In this document: in pieces, positions 13,884 to 22,731 of the stretch
Layout of the letters: every line of letters starts with the position of its first letter
Numbering within the stretch: the first letter of the stretch is position 1
IMG/VR virus record: IMGVR_UViG_3300002821_000001
Direction: 5' to 3' (one strand)
Length of the DNA stretch: 36,760 bases
Source: a virus
Made by a program: the position numbers and the translations under genes
Notes under the pieces: generated by a model
What the model was told of the DNA's origin: nothing
The model's input: the letters and a program-made list of their open reading frames with translations, nothing else
The model's database searches: none

Positions 13884-15395
13884 GACTCTGTAAGATTAAA
13901 GGTGGAAAAAGGTGGAATGAGTCGTCCACCCCATCAAAACTGTAAGATTTAAAGTGGGGAGCTATGATAGAGAATATCATGGCTCTTTTCTATTGGGTTT
14001 GTTGTTGGAAGAAATAAGCAAAGCGCGTTTTCTAAACCTTTCGAAATTGTGATAACCATAGGCAGCTTTAATGATAGTTTTGAGGTGATTGTTCGCACCT
14101 TCGGCGATGGAGTTAGTGTAGCGACGATGGCCTTGAGAACGGGCGAGACCATTAGCGATTTCAAATCGCCATTTGTGGTAAGTACGACCGACAGAAACGA
14201 GAAGCTCGTTGCCTGAATCAATCAATCGTTTCGAGATGCGAATGATAAAATTAACCGCATCTTCATAATGATGATATGAATCGTATTTATAGAGTTCTTG
14301 GAGAATGTTGTAACCATTCCAAAGCGGTTCACTAATCTTGATGCATTTGAAGACCATGTCGTCATAGTGAACGATCTCTCCGGTGCGTTTATAGGTATAG
14401 AACTTGTCGGGAAGTTTGCTGTAACGACATAGAAATAGCTTCCAATGTGACTTCATGAAATTGTAGATGTTGGTTCCCTTACCAGCGACGTTGTTCATCG
14501 CCCTGGTTCTTAGACGATTGACAGCGTTGGTCAACTGAGTGATGACGTGGAACCAATCGATGACATGCATGGCTTTGGGAAAGTACTGACGGCAGACGGT
14601 GTCATAGGCCTCATACATATCGGAAATGAACACCTTGACGGTTTCCCTCTCTACGAGAGGGATAGAAACGAAATATTCGCGAAGATAGGCCATTTGACGG
14701 TTTCTAAGAATATCGATGATTTCTCCATTGTCGAAGTTGGTTAAAACACAGACATACTTTTGATCAAGCTCATTGCTGAATTTGATTTCATCGACACATA
14801 ACACCCGGCTTAAATAAAGGCGCGGCACATATTTGACATTTTGATCGAACAATTCGATGGTATGCGTTTTGGAAAGATGATACTTACTAGCGATTTGCGT
14901 AAACGTCAATTTCCCCATGAAGTCGTTTACGATTAAATGTCGTTGCAAGTCGGAAATGTGAGATCGTGGAGTGATGCCTCGAAGCGGTGGCGTATAAGTC
15001 GCATGGCAGTCATTGCATTTGAACCGAACTTTCCTGACTCTGAGAATGTCTTGAAGATGATCGTTTTCCGAACAATTAATCGTGACGTAGAAGTAGTTGT
15101 TAACGTAAGCCGATTGTGATTGACATCGGGGACATTTTCGCTGGTCAGTTCGTTGTTCAACTTCATAAACGAATCCGAAATCTGTTTTTATTGGCTCGAA
15201 AGGTACATTGGAGAAATTGTCCGGGTCTAAACCGAACCTTGATAAAAATATGTTAAAATCCATAGTGTCTCCCCTATCTTTTGAATCGTTGACAATTCAA
15301 TTATAGAGGAGACCTTTATATATATAGAAACCATCAAAACTGTAAAGTTTAAGGTGGAGTGATATTTCCTTGTCCACCTTTGTTCTTACAGAACC
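13884..15395 (-). mobile_element. ISL3-family insertion sequence (1512 bp) with imperfect terminal inverted repeats and an 8-bp target duplication TTTTTTTA
   Basis: IRL is GACTCTGTAAGATTAAAGGTGGA. IRR (reverse complement) is GGTTCTGTAAGAACAAAGGTGGA. TTTTTTTA flanks both ends (13876..13883 and 15396..15403). There are extra subterminal copies of the CTGTAAGnnTTAAAGTGG motif at 13939 and 15339. Confidence 0.8.
13977..15263 (-). CDS. ISL3-family DDE transposase
   Basis: N-terminal zinc finger CPRCQS...C..C. LCVDEIKF, ISDMYEAY and IDWFHV motifs. C-terminal NSIAEGANNHLKTIIKAAYGYHNFERFRKRAL, characteristic of ISL3 transposases. Confidence 0.9.
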   Translation of the reverse strand: MDFNIFLSRFGLDPDNFSNVPFEPIKTDFGFVYEVEQRTDQRKCPRCQSQSAYVNNYFYVTINCSENDHLQDILRVRKVRFKCNDCHATYTPPLRGITPRSHISDLQRHLIVNDFMGKLTFTQIASKYHLSKTHTIELFDQNVKYVPRLYLSRVLCVDEIKFSNELDQKYVCVLTNFDNGEIIDILRNRQMAYLREYFVSIPLVERETVKVFISDMYEAYDTVCRQYFPKAMHVIDWFHVITQLTNAVNRLRTRAMNNVAGKGTNIYNFMKSHWKLFLCRYSKLPDKFYTYKRTGEIVHYDDMVFKCIKISEPLWNGYNILQELYKYDSYHHYEDAVNFIIRISKRLIDSGNELLVSVGRTYHKWRFEIANGLARSQGHRRYTNSIAEGANNHLKTIIKAAYGYHNFERFRKRALLISSNNKPNRKEP

Positions 15396-15403
15396 TTTTT
15401 TTA

Positions 15404-16542
15404 TTGGCTTGATAATCACAAACATTGAAAATAACGGGGTATAATAACACTAGGCGACATGCTTTCGTGGCTTGTAGGGGCGTTTATGCGCTTTATTTTT
15501 AAGCAAGACCAAGCCAAAAAGACGAAAAACAAAATGGATCAGCAAAAAAGCACGTTAGCGCCATTTTAAGACGATCGGATAAATAAACATCATTTAATCA
15601 TTTAATCATTTAACGAATTACTTTTTTACAACGATATAATCTTTTATACCGTTTTTTTGTCGTGTCTTAAGTCTTTAAGTCTTTAAGTCTTTTAGTATCA
15701 TTGTTTTAATTCTTATTTAGATTGATTGTATATCTATTATCTTGTTTTAATCTAAATATTACTAATGATTTATTGCTTATCATTTATCCTTTTTAGATTA
15801 ACATCACTTCTTTAATTCTTAATACTTAAGTATTTAAGTCTTAAGTCTTAACGAATTACTACAAGAATAATAATTTAATAACTATGTATTGTATGTTAAG
15901 GCTTGCCATTGACCGATTAGTCAATCGCAGAATTGGTAGATGATGAATAAATAAAAGTAAAAGCGTTTTTTAATGGTGCTGATTAGTGTAATGATTAGTG
16001 TAATTGTTTAATGATGTGATGAATGATTAAAGTATTGAAGTATTAAAGATAAGTATTAAAGATAATTAAAAAGTGATTTAACGTCGTGTGCTGAATGTGC
16101 TAACGATAAAATGAATGGCTAATTGAAGGCGTGAATGGCTAATTGAAGGCGTGAATGACTAATCGCAACATCGTAAACGACACTAACTAATATCATAAAC
16201 AACAATGTAAACATAAATACACTGATATATTAAGTAACAACATAAAGACATTCGCTAATCATCACGCGCGCCAAACACTCGACAATCACACAATCAATCA
16301 TCAATAACAGGCATATATGCTTATTTAGCGTTTTAAGGCACATTAGACAAGAGTTATGTATCGGCATAGTAAACATACCTTGAAATCGTGAACGTTTATG
16401 TATGCTATGTCTATGCGTCATATATGACTATTTACGATGACGGTGGGCGGTATCAACTTTTATGGTTGTCCACATAATGGGGTGGCAGCCCCCTTGACTA
16501 TTAGTAGAATTGATGACCCAAACTATACGAAGGAAAGGTAGG
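15404..16542. repeat. ORF-free, repeat-dense region upstream of terL (candidate packaging-recognition site and/or origin)
   Basis: Repeat families seen: CATTTAAT x3 (15591..15614); GTCTT(T)AA x4 (15664..15695); palindrome AATACTTAAGTATT (15821..15834); TTAACGAATTACT at 15610 and 15848; GATTAGTGTAAT x2 (about 15981..16006); AAGTATTAAAGATA x2 (about 16048..16075); TGAATGnCTAA x4, including 20-bp units x2.5 (16092..16164). Confidence 0.6.
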
Positions 16543-16572
16543 TTGAGAAAGATAAAGGTAACGTGGTATAAT
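16543..16572 (+). promoter_or_regulatory. promoter TTGAGA-18-TGgTATAAT upstream of terL
   Basis: -35 at 16543..16548. Extended -10 at 16564..16572. Confidence 0.5.
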
Positions 16573-16622
16573 AAATAATGAGAAAAAAGGGAAGATGGAA
16601 AGAAAAGAGGGAATGAAAGATA

Positions 16623-18455
16623 ATGGAAGAAAAGAGTAAGGCAGAAAAAATAGCGTGGGATAAAAAGGCGAGTAAGCCGTATAAACCATATAAAGCGTAT
16701 AAAGCAAAAGCGGGTAATGAAAATCGGAAGATGTATAATGGGGTGTATCGGCGGAGTGAGATATCGAATAATATAGCGCAGAAGAAAAAAGAAGCGCCGG
16801 ATATTGATGAGATACTTGAAGTAAAGATAAAGACGGCGGTAGAGGAGAATAAAGAGAGTTGGAATAAGGCGTTCGATGAGATACGGGCGTTGGTATCAAA
16901 AGAGGGACGGGCGTGGGATAAAGTAAAAGATAATGAATTAGTTGAAGAAAGATATAAGGCGCTGGTAAAAGAGAAGGCGCATGATAGTTATTTGAATTAT
17001 GTAAGGTTGACGAGCAAAAAGTTGATAGAAACAAGGTTTCATTTGTTTTTGGCGATGTTGGCACAAGAGGTAATGGATAAAGCGGAGATGGGTTACGACC
17101 AACGGATTACGATATCGTGTCCGCCACGTGCTGGTAAATCAACAATGATAGCACGGCGTATGCCATCTTATTGGTTGGGACGCCATCCAGACGTTGAGGT
17201 TATGTGCTTGTCGGCAGATATCGAGTTGGCGACTGATTTTGGCGATAATAATCGACAAACCGCTTTAGACGTGTGGAAAGACGTGTTTGGTATTGAGGTG
17301 TCAAAAGCGTTTAAGTCCAAACATTCGATTGGCGTTGATGGGAATAAGGGCATAATGCGCTTTCGTGGCGTTGGTTCGACAAATGTTGGTAAAGGCGGTA
17401 ATATGATTATTGTTGATGACCCATACCCAGATGAGGAGTTTGTTAATAATGCAACGCAACGCAAAAGGTTGCTGTCGGCATTGGAGAACGATATCTTTTC
17501 TCGAAGTGAAAGAAAGAAGTATGATGATAAAGAACTTGGTTCGATTATTTTTATCATTCATACTCGTAGACATGAAGAAGATTTGATTGGCGTGTGTGAT
17601 AAAGTTTACGTTAGGGCGGAAGAAAGTCCAACGGGAGTAGCGTTTAAGCGTTGGTTAAATGTTACAATACCAGCGATTGCGACATCAACTAATGACCCGT
17701 TAGGTCGTAAAGTTGGCGAAGCGTTAATGCCAGAGATGGGATTTGCTTGGACGATAAAAGGTCTTAATCTTAAAAAGGCAGAGGTTGGAAGTCGTGCGTG
17801 GAATAGCCAATTTCAGCAAAATCCAATGACCGAGCATGGAAATTACATTAAAAAAGAGTGGTTGGAAAATACATGGTCTTATGCCGAATTACCCGTTGTA
17901 TTTGATGATATTATATTGTCGTGTGATTTGTCTAATAATGCTAAATCGACAAGCGATTATTCGGCGTTTCAAGTGTGGGCTTCATGTGGCGTTAAACATT
18001 ATCTTTTAGATAGAGGAAAAGCAAGAAGGACTTTTAATGGGCAGATAGAGATAATGCGTCAGTTTGTCGATAAGTGGGCAGCGAAAGGACATCCAATTAG
18101 GAAGTTGCTTATTGAAAAACGGGCAACGGGAGAAGCGGCGGTTGAGTTACTTAAAACGGAGATGAAACAAGTGGCGGTTATTGGATTTGATGTTGGTTAT
18201 ACCGATAAAGTCCAACGCATACAAACGGCATCGCCATATTTTGAGGGCGGTAACGTGTATCTTCCGCCTGAAAAGGTTGACAATAAGATTGAGGAATATA
18301 AACAAACGATGATGTTATTTCCAAGCGTTAGTTTTGATGATGAAGTTGATGCGACAAGTCAATACTTTATCTATCGCATTAAGCAAACAAGTGGTAAAAT
18401 GGTAATAGATAAAGATGGTTTTTATTCAAAATTAGGCACTATATGGAGAAGTTGA
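16623..18455 (+). CDS. terL: terminase large subunit with a Lys/Glu-rich N-terminal extension of about 115 aa
   Basis: Walker A CPPRAGKST, Walker B GNMIIVDDP, C-terminal nuclease-type acidic motifs (ILSCDLS, FDDEVDA). The homologous TerL core starts near aa 118. Confidence 0.9.
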   Translation: MEEKSKAEKIAWDKKASKPYKPYKAYKAKAGNENRKMYNGVYRRSEISNNIAQKKKEAPDIDEILEVKIKTAVEENKESWNKAFDEIRALVSKEGRAWDKVKDNELVEERYKALVKEKAHDSYLNYVRLTSKKLIETRFHLFLAMLAQEVMDKAEMGYDQRITISCPPRAGKSTMIARRMPSYWLGRHPDVEVMCLSADIELATDFGDNNRQTALDVWKDVFGIEVSKAFKSKHSIGVDGNKGIMRFRGVGSTNVGKGGNMIIVDDPYPDEEFVNNATQRKRLLSALENDIFSRSERKKYDDKELGSIIFIIHTRRHEEDLIGVCDKVYVRAEESPTGVAFKRWLNVTIPAIATSTNDPLGRKVGEALMPEMGFAWTIKGLNLKKAEVGSRAWNSQFQQNPMTEHGNYIKKEWLENTWSYAELPVVFDDIILSCDLSNNAKSTSDYSAFQVWASCGVKHYLLDRGKARRTFNGQIEIMRQFVDKWAAKGHPIRKLLIEKRATGEAAVELLKTEMKQVAVIGFDVGYTDKVQRIQTASPYFEGGNVYLPPEKVDNKIEEYKQTMMLFPSVSFDDEVDATSQYFIYRIKQTSGKMVIDKDGFYSKLGTIWRS

Positions 18456-18468
18456 GAGGAAATAAACA

Positions 18469-19983
18469 ATGATAAGAGTAAATGCGACAATCGAAGAAAT
18501 TTTGAATTACGAAAAAGAAGCAGGTTTGCCAGACAAGTTGTTGTTACTCATCAACGATGCCTTTTTACAATTCAAAGAAACCATTCCAGCGATGGAAAAT
18601 GACATTTCGTATTACAAGGGGCAATTACCATTTGACAAAGACGCTTATTATTACACCATTGATTACACTGATGGCGGTAATATTAATTTTGAACGAATTG
18701 CCAAACAAAATATTAATTATTCCAAATATATTATTGATATGGAAACAAGTGTATTTGTTGGAAAAGCGCCAATGATTACAACCGATACAAACACCAAAGG
18801 CGAGATTGCTCGTTTAACGGAGTATAATCGTCAAATGTCTTATCGTAATTGGAAAGAGCATTTAACGGAAGCCATACGCTACAAGTCAAAATGCGGTAAG
18901 GGCTATCTTTTAGTCCATAATAAAGAAAATGACGAATTTCCACGATTTAGTGAATTAGACCCGTTATCAACTTTTGTTGCTTACGACCAATATATTGAGC
19001 CAGATAGTTTGTTTGGTTGCTATATTAACCAGATTGATAAAGATAAGTATTTATTTTACGTTTATACACAAAACTATGTTTATGTATTTGAAACAACTTC
19101 AAAAGATAAAGTATTGTTGCCACCCGATGACATCAAAAAAATTCAACATTTTTTTGGGCGCGTTCCAATTAATGAATTTAAGAATAACATTGACGAGCAA
19201 TCAAGTATTGAGCCAATCAAAGGCATTATATCTTTAATTTGCGCCATACAAAACGATATTGTGCGTGGTAATCATGAAGCGGTTAAATCTATTTTACATA
19301 TTGACGGATTAAAAGTTGGGTCAAAAGAAGAGCAAGAAACGTTTTTTGATTTATATGTTAGAAAAGGAATGATTATTACAGAGGGAGAAACAAAGGTTAA
19401 TATCTTAAATAATAATATTAATCAAGCAGAAGCGCAAAACACCAAGAAACAAGCGTTACAAGATATGTGGGCGATTTCAAGGTCTGTTGATTTCTCATCG
19501 CCAGAGTTCGCGCAATCGGCAAGCGAGCCAGCATTAAAATTAAAATTAAAAGGCGTGATTGACAAAGCGATTGATGGAGAAAAGGCGGCGACACCAACAA
19601 TTAAGCGCATTATGAAGTGCGTGTTAAATTACGTTAAGCATGAAAGTCCAAAATTATTTAAGAAAATTGATTTTGATATTAATAGAATGACGATTAAATA
19701 TTTCCATCCATTACCATCAAGCGATTTAGCGATGGCAACCATTCAACAAAATCTATATAACATGAACGCTTGGTCGCCAAATCTATTATCGCAATTTACA
19801 TTCATGGAAGAAGATATCGTGTCTTATATGGATAGCGTTGTTAAGAAGCCTGAAGCACAAGTTGTTAAAGAACTACAAGGCATTAATGATACTAATAAAG
19901 AAAGACAAGATGAAGTGCCTGAAGATATGAACCAACAAGATAATGTTGAAAATTTTGCCGAAGGTAAAGCGCAACAACTTTAA
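18469..19983 (+). CDS. portal protein
   Basis: 504 aa, immediately downstream of terL, acidic C-terminus. Called from position and size. Confidence 0.75.
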   Translation: MIRVNATIEEILNYEKEAGLPDKLLLLINDAFLQFKETIPAMENDISYYKGQLPFDKDAYYYTIDYTDGGNINFERIAKQNINYSKYIIDMETSVFVGKAPMITTDTNTKGEIARLTEYNRQMSYRNWKEHLTEAIRYKSKCGKGYLLVHNKENDEFPRFSELDPLSTFVAYDQYIEPDSLFGCYINQIDKDKYLFYVYTQNYVYVFETTSKDKVLLPPDDIKKIQHFFGRVPINEFKNNIDEQSSIEPIKGIISLICAIQNDIVRGNHEAVKSILHIDGLKVGSKEEQETFFDLYVRKGMIITEGETKVNILNNNINQAEAQNTKKQALQDMWAISRSVDFSSPEFAQSASEPALKLKLKGVIDKAIDGEKAATPTIKRIMKCVLNYVKHESPKLFKKIDFDINRMTIKYFHPLPSSDLAMATIQQNLYNMNAWSPNLLSQFTFMEEDIVSYMDSVVKKPEAQVVKELQGINDTNKERQDEVPEDMNQQDNVENFAEGKAQQL

Positions 19984-19993
19984 TATAAAAATA

Positions 19994-20012
19994 TTTAGTG
20001 TATAACACTAAA
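19994..20012 (+). other. perfect 8-bp hairpin after the portal stop
   Basis: tttagtgt-ata-acactaaa. No T-run follows. Confidence 0.3.
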
Positions 20013-20173
20013 CGTAAATAAGCAACATATTTTATTTCTTTTTTTAAGGTAATTAGTGTAAAATAATAATTGATGATAAAAGGAGTTTTGTCATCTAATC
20101 TACCACGATGAAAAATGCGGAATGGCAAATGAGTGAGAGTGGCACTATAACACACTAGAAAAGGAGAACGATT

Positions 20174-20752
20174 ATGCCGAAAAACTTTTATTACTCACAA
20201 GACGGGGAAGATAATGGTGGTGGCAACGCCCCCGATATCGAAAAGATTGTAGCCGATAAGTTAGCCGAAGAAAAAGCCAAATGGGAAGCCGAAAACGAGC
20301 AACGATTGAAAAGTCGTATCAACGAAACCGAAAAAGGTATTAGAGAACGCCTCGAGAGAGAAGCAAAGAAAGCCCAAATGACCGCCGAAGAAAAAGCAAA
20401 AGCCGAATATGAAGAACGATTTAATGCTACACAAGCCGAAAGAGATACTTTCAAGTCTAAATATCGCGATATGCTTATTCGTTCCAAACTAACTGAAGCA
20501 GGACTACCAATCGAAGTATACTTTGATAACAAGAAATTAGACGTTGATGACGAGCAACTTGATGATGTTATTAAAACATTGAAAAAAACACACGATAGTA
20601 TTATTAGTGGTGGCAAAACATCACCAACTACTACTCCAACCAAATCAAGCAACGCTCAAACGATATCTAACGAAGATTTAGAAAAATTGGCGATTAACAA
20701 CCCCGAAGAATATCGCCGAATTCGCAGAGAAAAACTATACGGAAGAAAATAA
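20174..20752 (+). CDS. scaffolding protein (DUF4355-like)
   Basis: Glu/Lys/Ala-rich coiled-coil protein of 192 aa, located between portal and coat. Confidence 0.7.
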   Translation: MPKNFYYSQDGEDNGGGNAPDIEKIVADKLAEEKAKWEAENEQRLKSRINETEKGIRERLEREAKKAQMTAEEKAKAEYEERFNATQAERDTFKSKYRDMLIRSKLTEAGLPIEVYFDNKKLDVDDEQLDDVIKTLKKTHDSIISGGKTSPTTTPTKSSNAQTISNEDLEKLAINNPEEYRRIRREKLYGRK

Positions 20753-20788
20753 CTTCCACAAGAAAGGAAATTAAATTAAGATTATATT

Positions 20789-21904
20789 ATGTCTAACACA
20801 TTTACTAATCCGACATTAGTTGCCCAAGAAGTATTGGTTGCCCTTGAAGAGCGCCTTGCTGCTTCTGGTCTAGTGTATCGTGGTGTCGAGCGAGATTTCA
20901 ATACTCCTCGTGCTAAAGGCGATACGATTAACGTTAAAGTTCCAGCGACTTTTAGTTCCTACAACTTTATTAGTGCGACTTCTAACCAAACAATTACTGA
21001 AAGTTCCGTTGCTGTTAAACTAGACACTATCGCCGATGTTTCAGTGGCGATTACTTCTAAAGAAATGACGCTTTCGATTGATGACTTGTCAAAACAAATC
21101 CTACAACCTGCCGCTTATGCTATCGCCGAGCAAGTTGAAGCAAATGTCCTTGCCGCCCTTGTTGCCGGTGCTTCATTAAGCGAAACCAAAACAGCAACAG
21201 CCGTTATTAGTGATATTGGCGCTATGGCTAAAGCACTTGACAAGAAAAAGGTTGCCAAATCTGAACGCTATTTATTCTTCTCTCCATTACATCAATACGA
21301 ATATGTTGCCCTTGACGCCATCGTTGGTTTTGATAAATCACAAAACATCGGCGCGTTGAGAGAAGCAGAAATTGGTCGTGTCTATGGTTTTGATTGCTAT
21401 GGTTCGTCTTTACTTCCCGACACTGACGCCACTGCTGCCGGAACGGCTACTTCCTATAAAGTTACAGGCGCTATTGGCGCGACAACGGTTGCTCTTGGAA
21501 CTTTAAGTGCCGCCACTGCTACTATTAAATCAGGCGATAAGTTTATTTATGACAATCACATTTACGAATTTACCGAAGATGGCACAGGAAGTGACAGCGC
21601 TATTGCCGAAATTGATATTTTTCCGGGACTTCATGTTGCTATGACTAATGTTGCCCCAACGCTAGTTGTTCGTGCGCCTTATAGTGTTGGTTTCCACAAA
21701 TCAGCATTAACGCTTGCTACTGCTCCGATGGAAGCCCCTGTTGGTGGTGCTATTGGTGCGGTTGCCACTTCACCAAGTGGTTTATCAGTTCGTGTTGTTT
21801 ATGACTATACTCCGAGTTCCAAGACAAATAACATTTCCATCGACTTGCTATATGGCATTAAAGTCCTTGATGGAAACCGCATTGTCAAGATGATTGACGC
21901 TTAA
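20789..21904 (+). CDS. major capsid protein, P22-coat-like
   Basis: 371 aa, Ala/Val/Thr-rich. N-terminal ...LVYRGVERDF....KGDTINVKVP pattern recalled from P22-type coat proteins. A strong terminator follows. No prohead protease gene is present. Confidence 0.75.
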   Translation: MSNTFTNPTLVAQEVLVALEERLAASGLVYRGVERDFNTPRAKGDTINVKVPATFSSYNFISATSNQTITESSVAVKLDTIADVSVAITSKEMTLSIDDLSKQILQPAAYAIAEQVEANVLAALVAGASLSETKTATAVISDIGAMAKALDKKKVAKSERYLFFSPLHQYEYVALDAIVGFDKSQNIGALREAEIGRVYGFDCYGSSLLPDTDATAAGTATSYKVTGAIGATTVALGTLSAATATIKSGDKFIYDNHIYEFTEDGTGSDSAIAEIDIFPGLHVAMTNVAPTLVVRAPYSVGFHKSALTLATAPMEAPVGGAIGAVATSPSGLSVRVVYDYTPSSKTNNISIDLLYGIKVLDGNRIVKMIDA

Positions 21905-21941
21905 TAATTAGTTAAAATATCTAAAAACGCATAAGTTTTAT

Positions 21942-21969
21942 AGGGTTGTAGTAATACGACCCTTTTTTT
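21942..21969 (+). terminator. rho-independent terminator after the capsid gene
   Basis: AGGGTTG-tagtaata-CGACCCT followed by T7. Confidence 0.75.
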
Positions 21970-22012
21970 GTGGTAAAATAATAAGTAGTTAAAATGAAAG
22001 GTGTATGGAAAC

Positions 22013-22375
22013 ATGGCGACACTATTAGATTACAAGGTAGATAATGACTTTTTACGACAATATGGAATAAATGTAGGCGACCCATCGCTAAATAACAATG
22101 AAGCACCGCTTATTGAAGAAGCATATGACGAATTGCTTGATTTTATCTTTTATAATAACGATGAATTAGACCATACCGAGCAAACGATATGCGATTATTT
22201 AGAAGATGATACCTATGGAAATAGCGAAGATAAGATTAAAGGTTTCAAACGAGCGCAATATCTTGTTTTACGCAATCTATTGACGAGCGACTTAAACCCA
22301 ATTACCGAAGAAGTTGTTGCTTGTTTAAGCGGTCGTTGTGGTTTAATCAAGCGAAATGGCTTTCAAAAGAATTAG
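22013..22375 (+). CDS. putative head-tail connector / head completion protein
   Basis: GAAAGGTG RBS before ATG 22013. Called from position after the capsid gene and size about 120 aa. Confidence 0.45.
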   Translation: MATLLDYKVDNDFLRQYGINVGDPSLNNNEAPLIEEAYDELLDFIFYNNDELDHTEQTICDYLEDDTYGNSEDKIKGFKRAQYLVLRNLLTSDLNPITEEVVACLSGRCGLIKRNGFQKN

Positions 22376-22382
22376 GTAGTTT

Positions 22383-22727
22383 ATGTATAGCACCGAAAAT
22401 AATCAAAACGTAAATCGGGAAACTTATCGTTATGTTGGTAAATGGGTTAGGGGCGATAACGATATCAATGAAGATATTTTCTTTTATTATGTTGGAAATA
22501 AATCGTTTAGAGCAGAATTTAATGGTCGTATTCAAGGTATTACAAGCACTGCCACAATAGCGGTATTTGGGGCGCATACATTTGTGCCAAACGATACTAT
22601 CATATTGGAAGATGGAACAAAATTGCGTATTCAAGAGATACTAGGCGAAGTTAAAGAACAAGTTAACTATCGTATTTTACATTTGATTAAACCACGCATT
22701 ATAGAACAAGTTTTGTCATTGAGGTAA
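22383..22727 (+). CDS. hypothetical virion protein (114 aa)
   Basis: Structural module context. Confidence 0.5.
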   Translation: MYSTENNQNVNRETYRYVGKWVRGDNDINEDIFFYYVGNKSFRAEFNGRIQGITSTATIAVFGAHTFVPNDTIILEDGTKLRIQEILGEVKEQVNYRILHLIKPRIIEQVLSLR

Positions 22728-22731
22728 TGCT

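Noticed and set aside
13949-15166. Track ORFs overlapping the transposase gene on either strand (13949..14221, 14547..14744, 14933..15166, 14937..15119)
   Set aside because: They are nested in or antisense to a full-length ISL3 transposase with conserved motifs. None has independent support.
3407-15487. 12-kb invertible segment bounded by the 18-bp inverted repeat
   Set aside because: No invertase is encoded. Inversion would flip the whole early operon against its promoters. A shared binding site or RNA element is the simpler explanation.
15588-16164. Possible CRISPR array in the repeat-dense region
   Set aside because: Repeat units are only 7-20 bp and belong to several unrelated families. 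They are directly tandem with no uniform spacers, and there are no cas genes.
16501-17064. 187-aa minus-strand ORF (Pro/Ser/Leu/Tyr-rich)
   Set aside because: It is an artefact of the homopurine + strand, because few stop codons are possible on the pyrimidine strand. It has no RBS and is antisense to terL.
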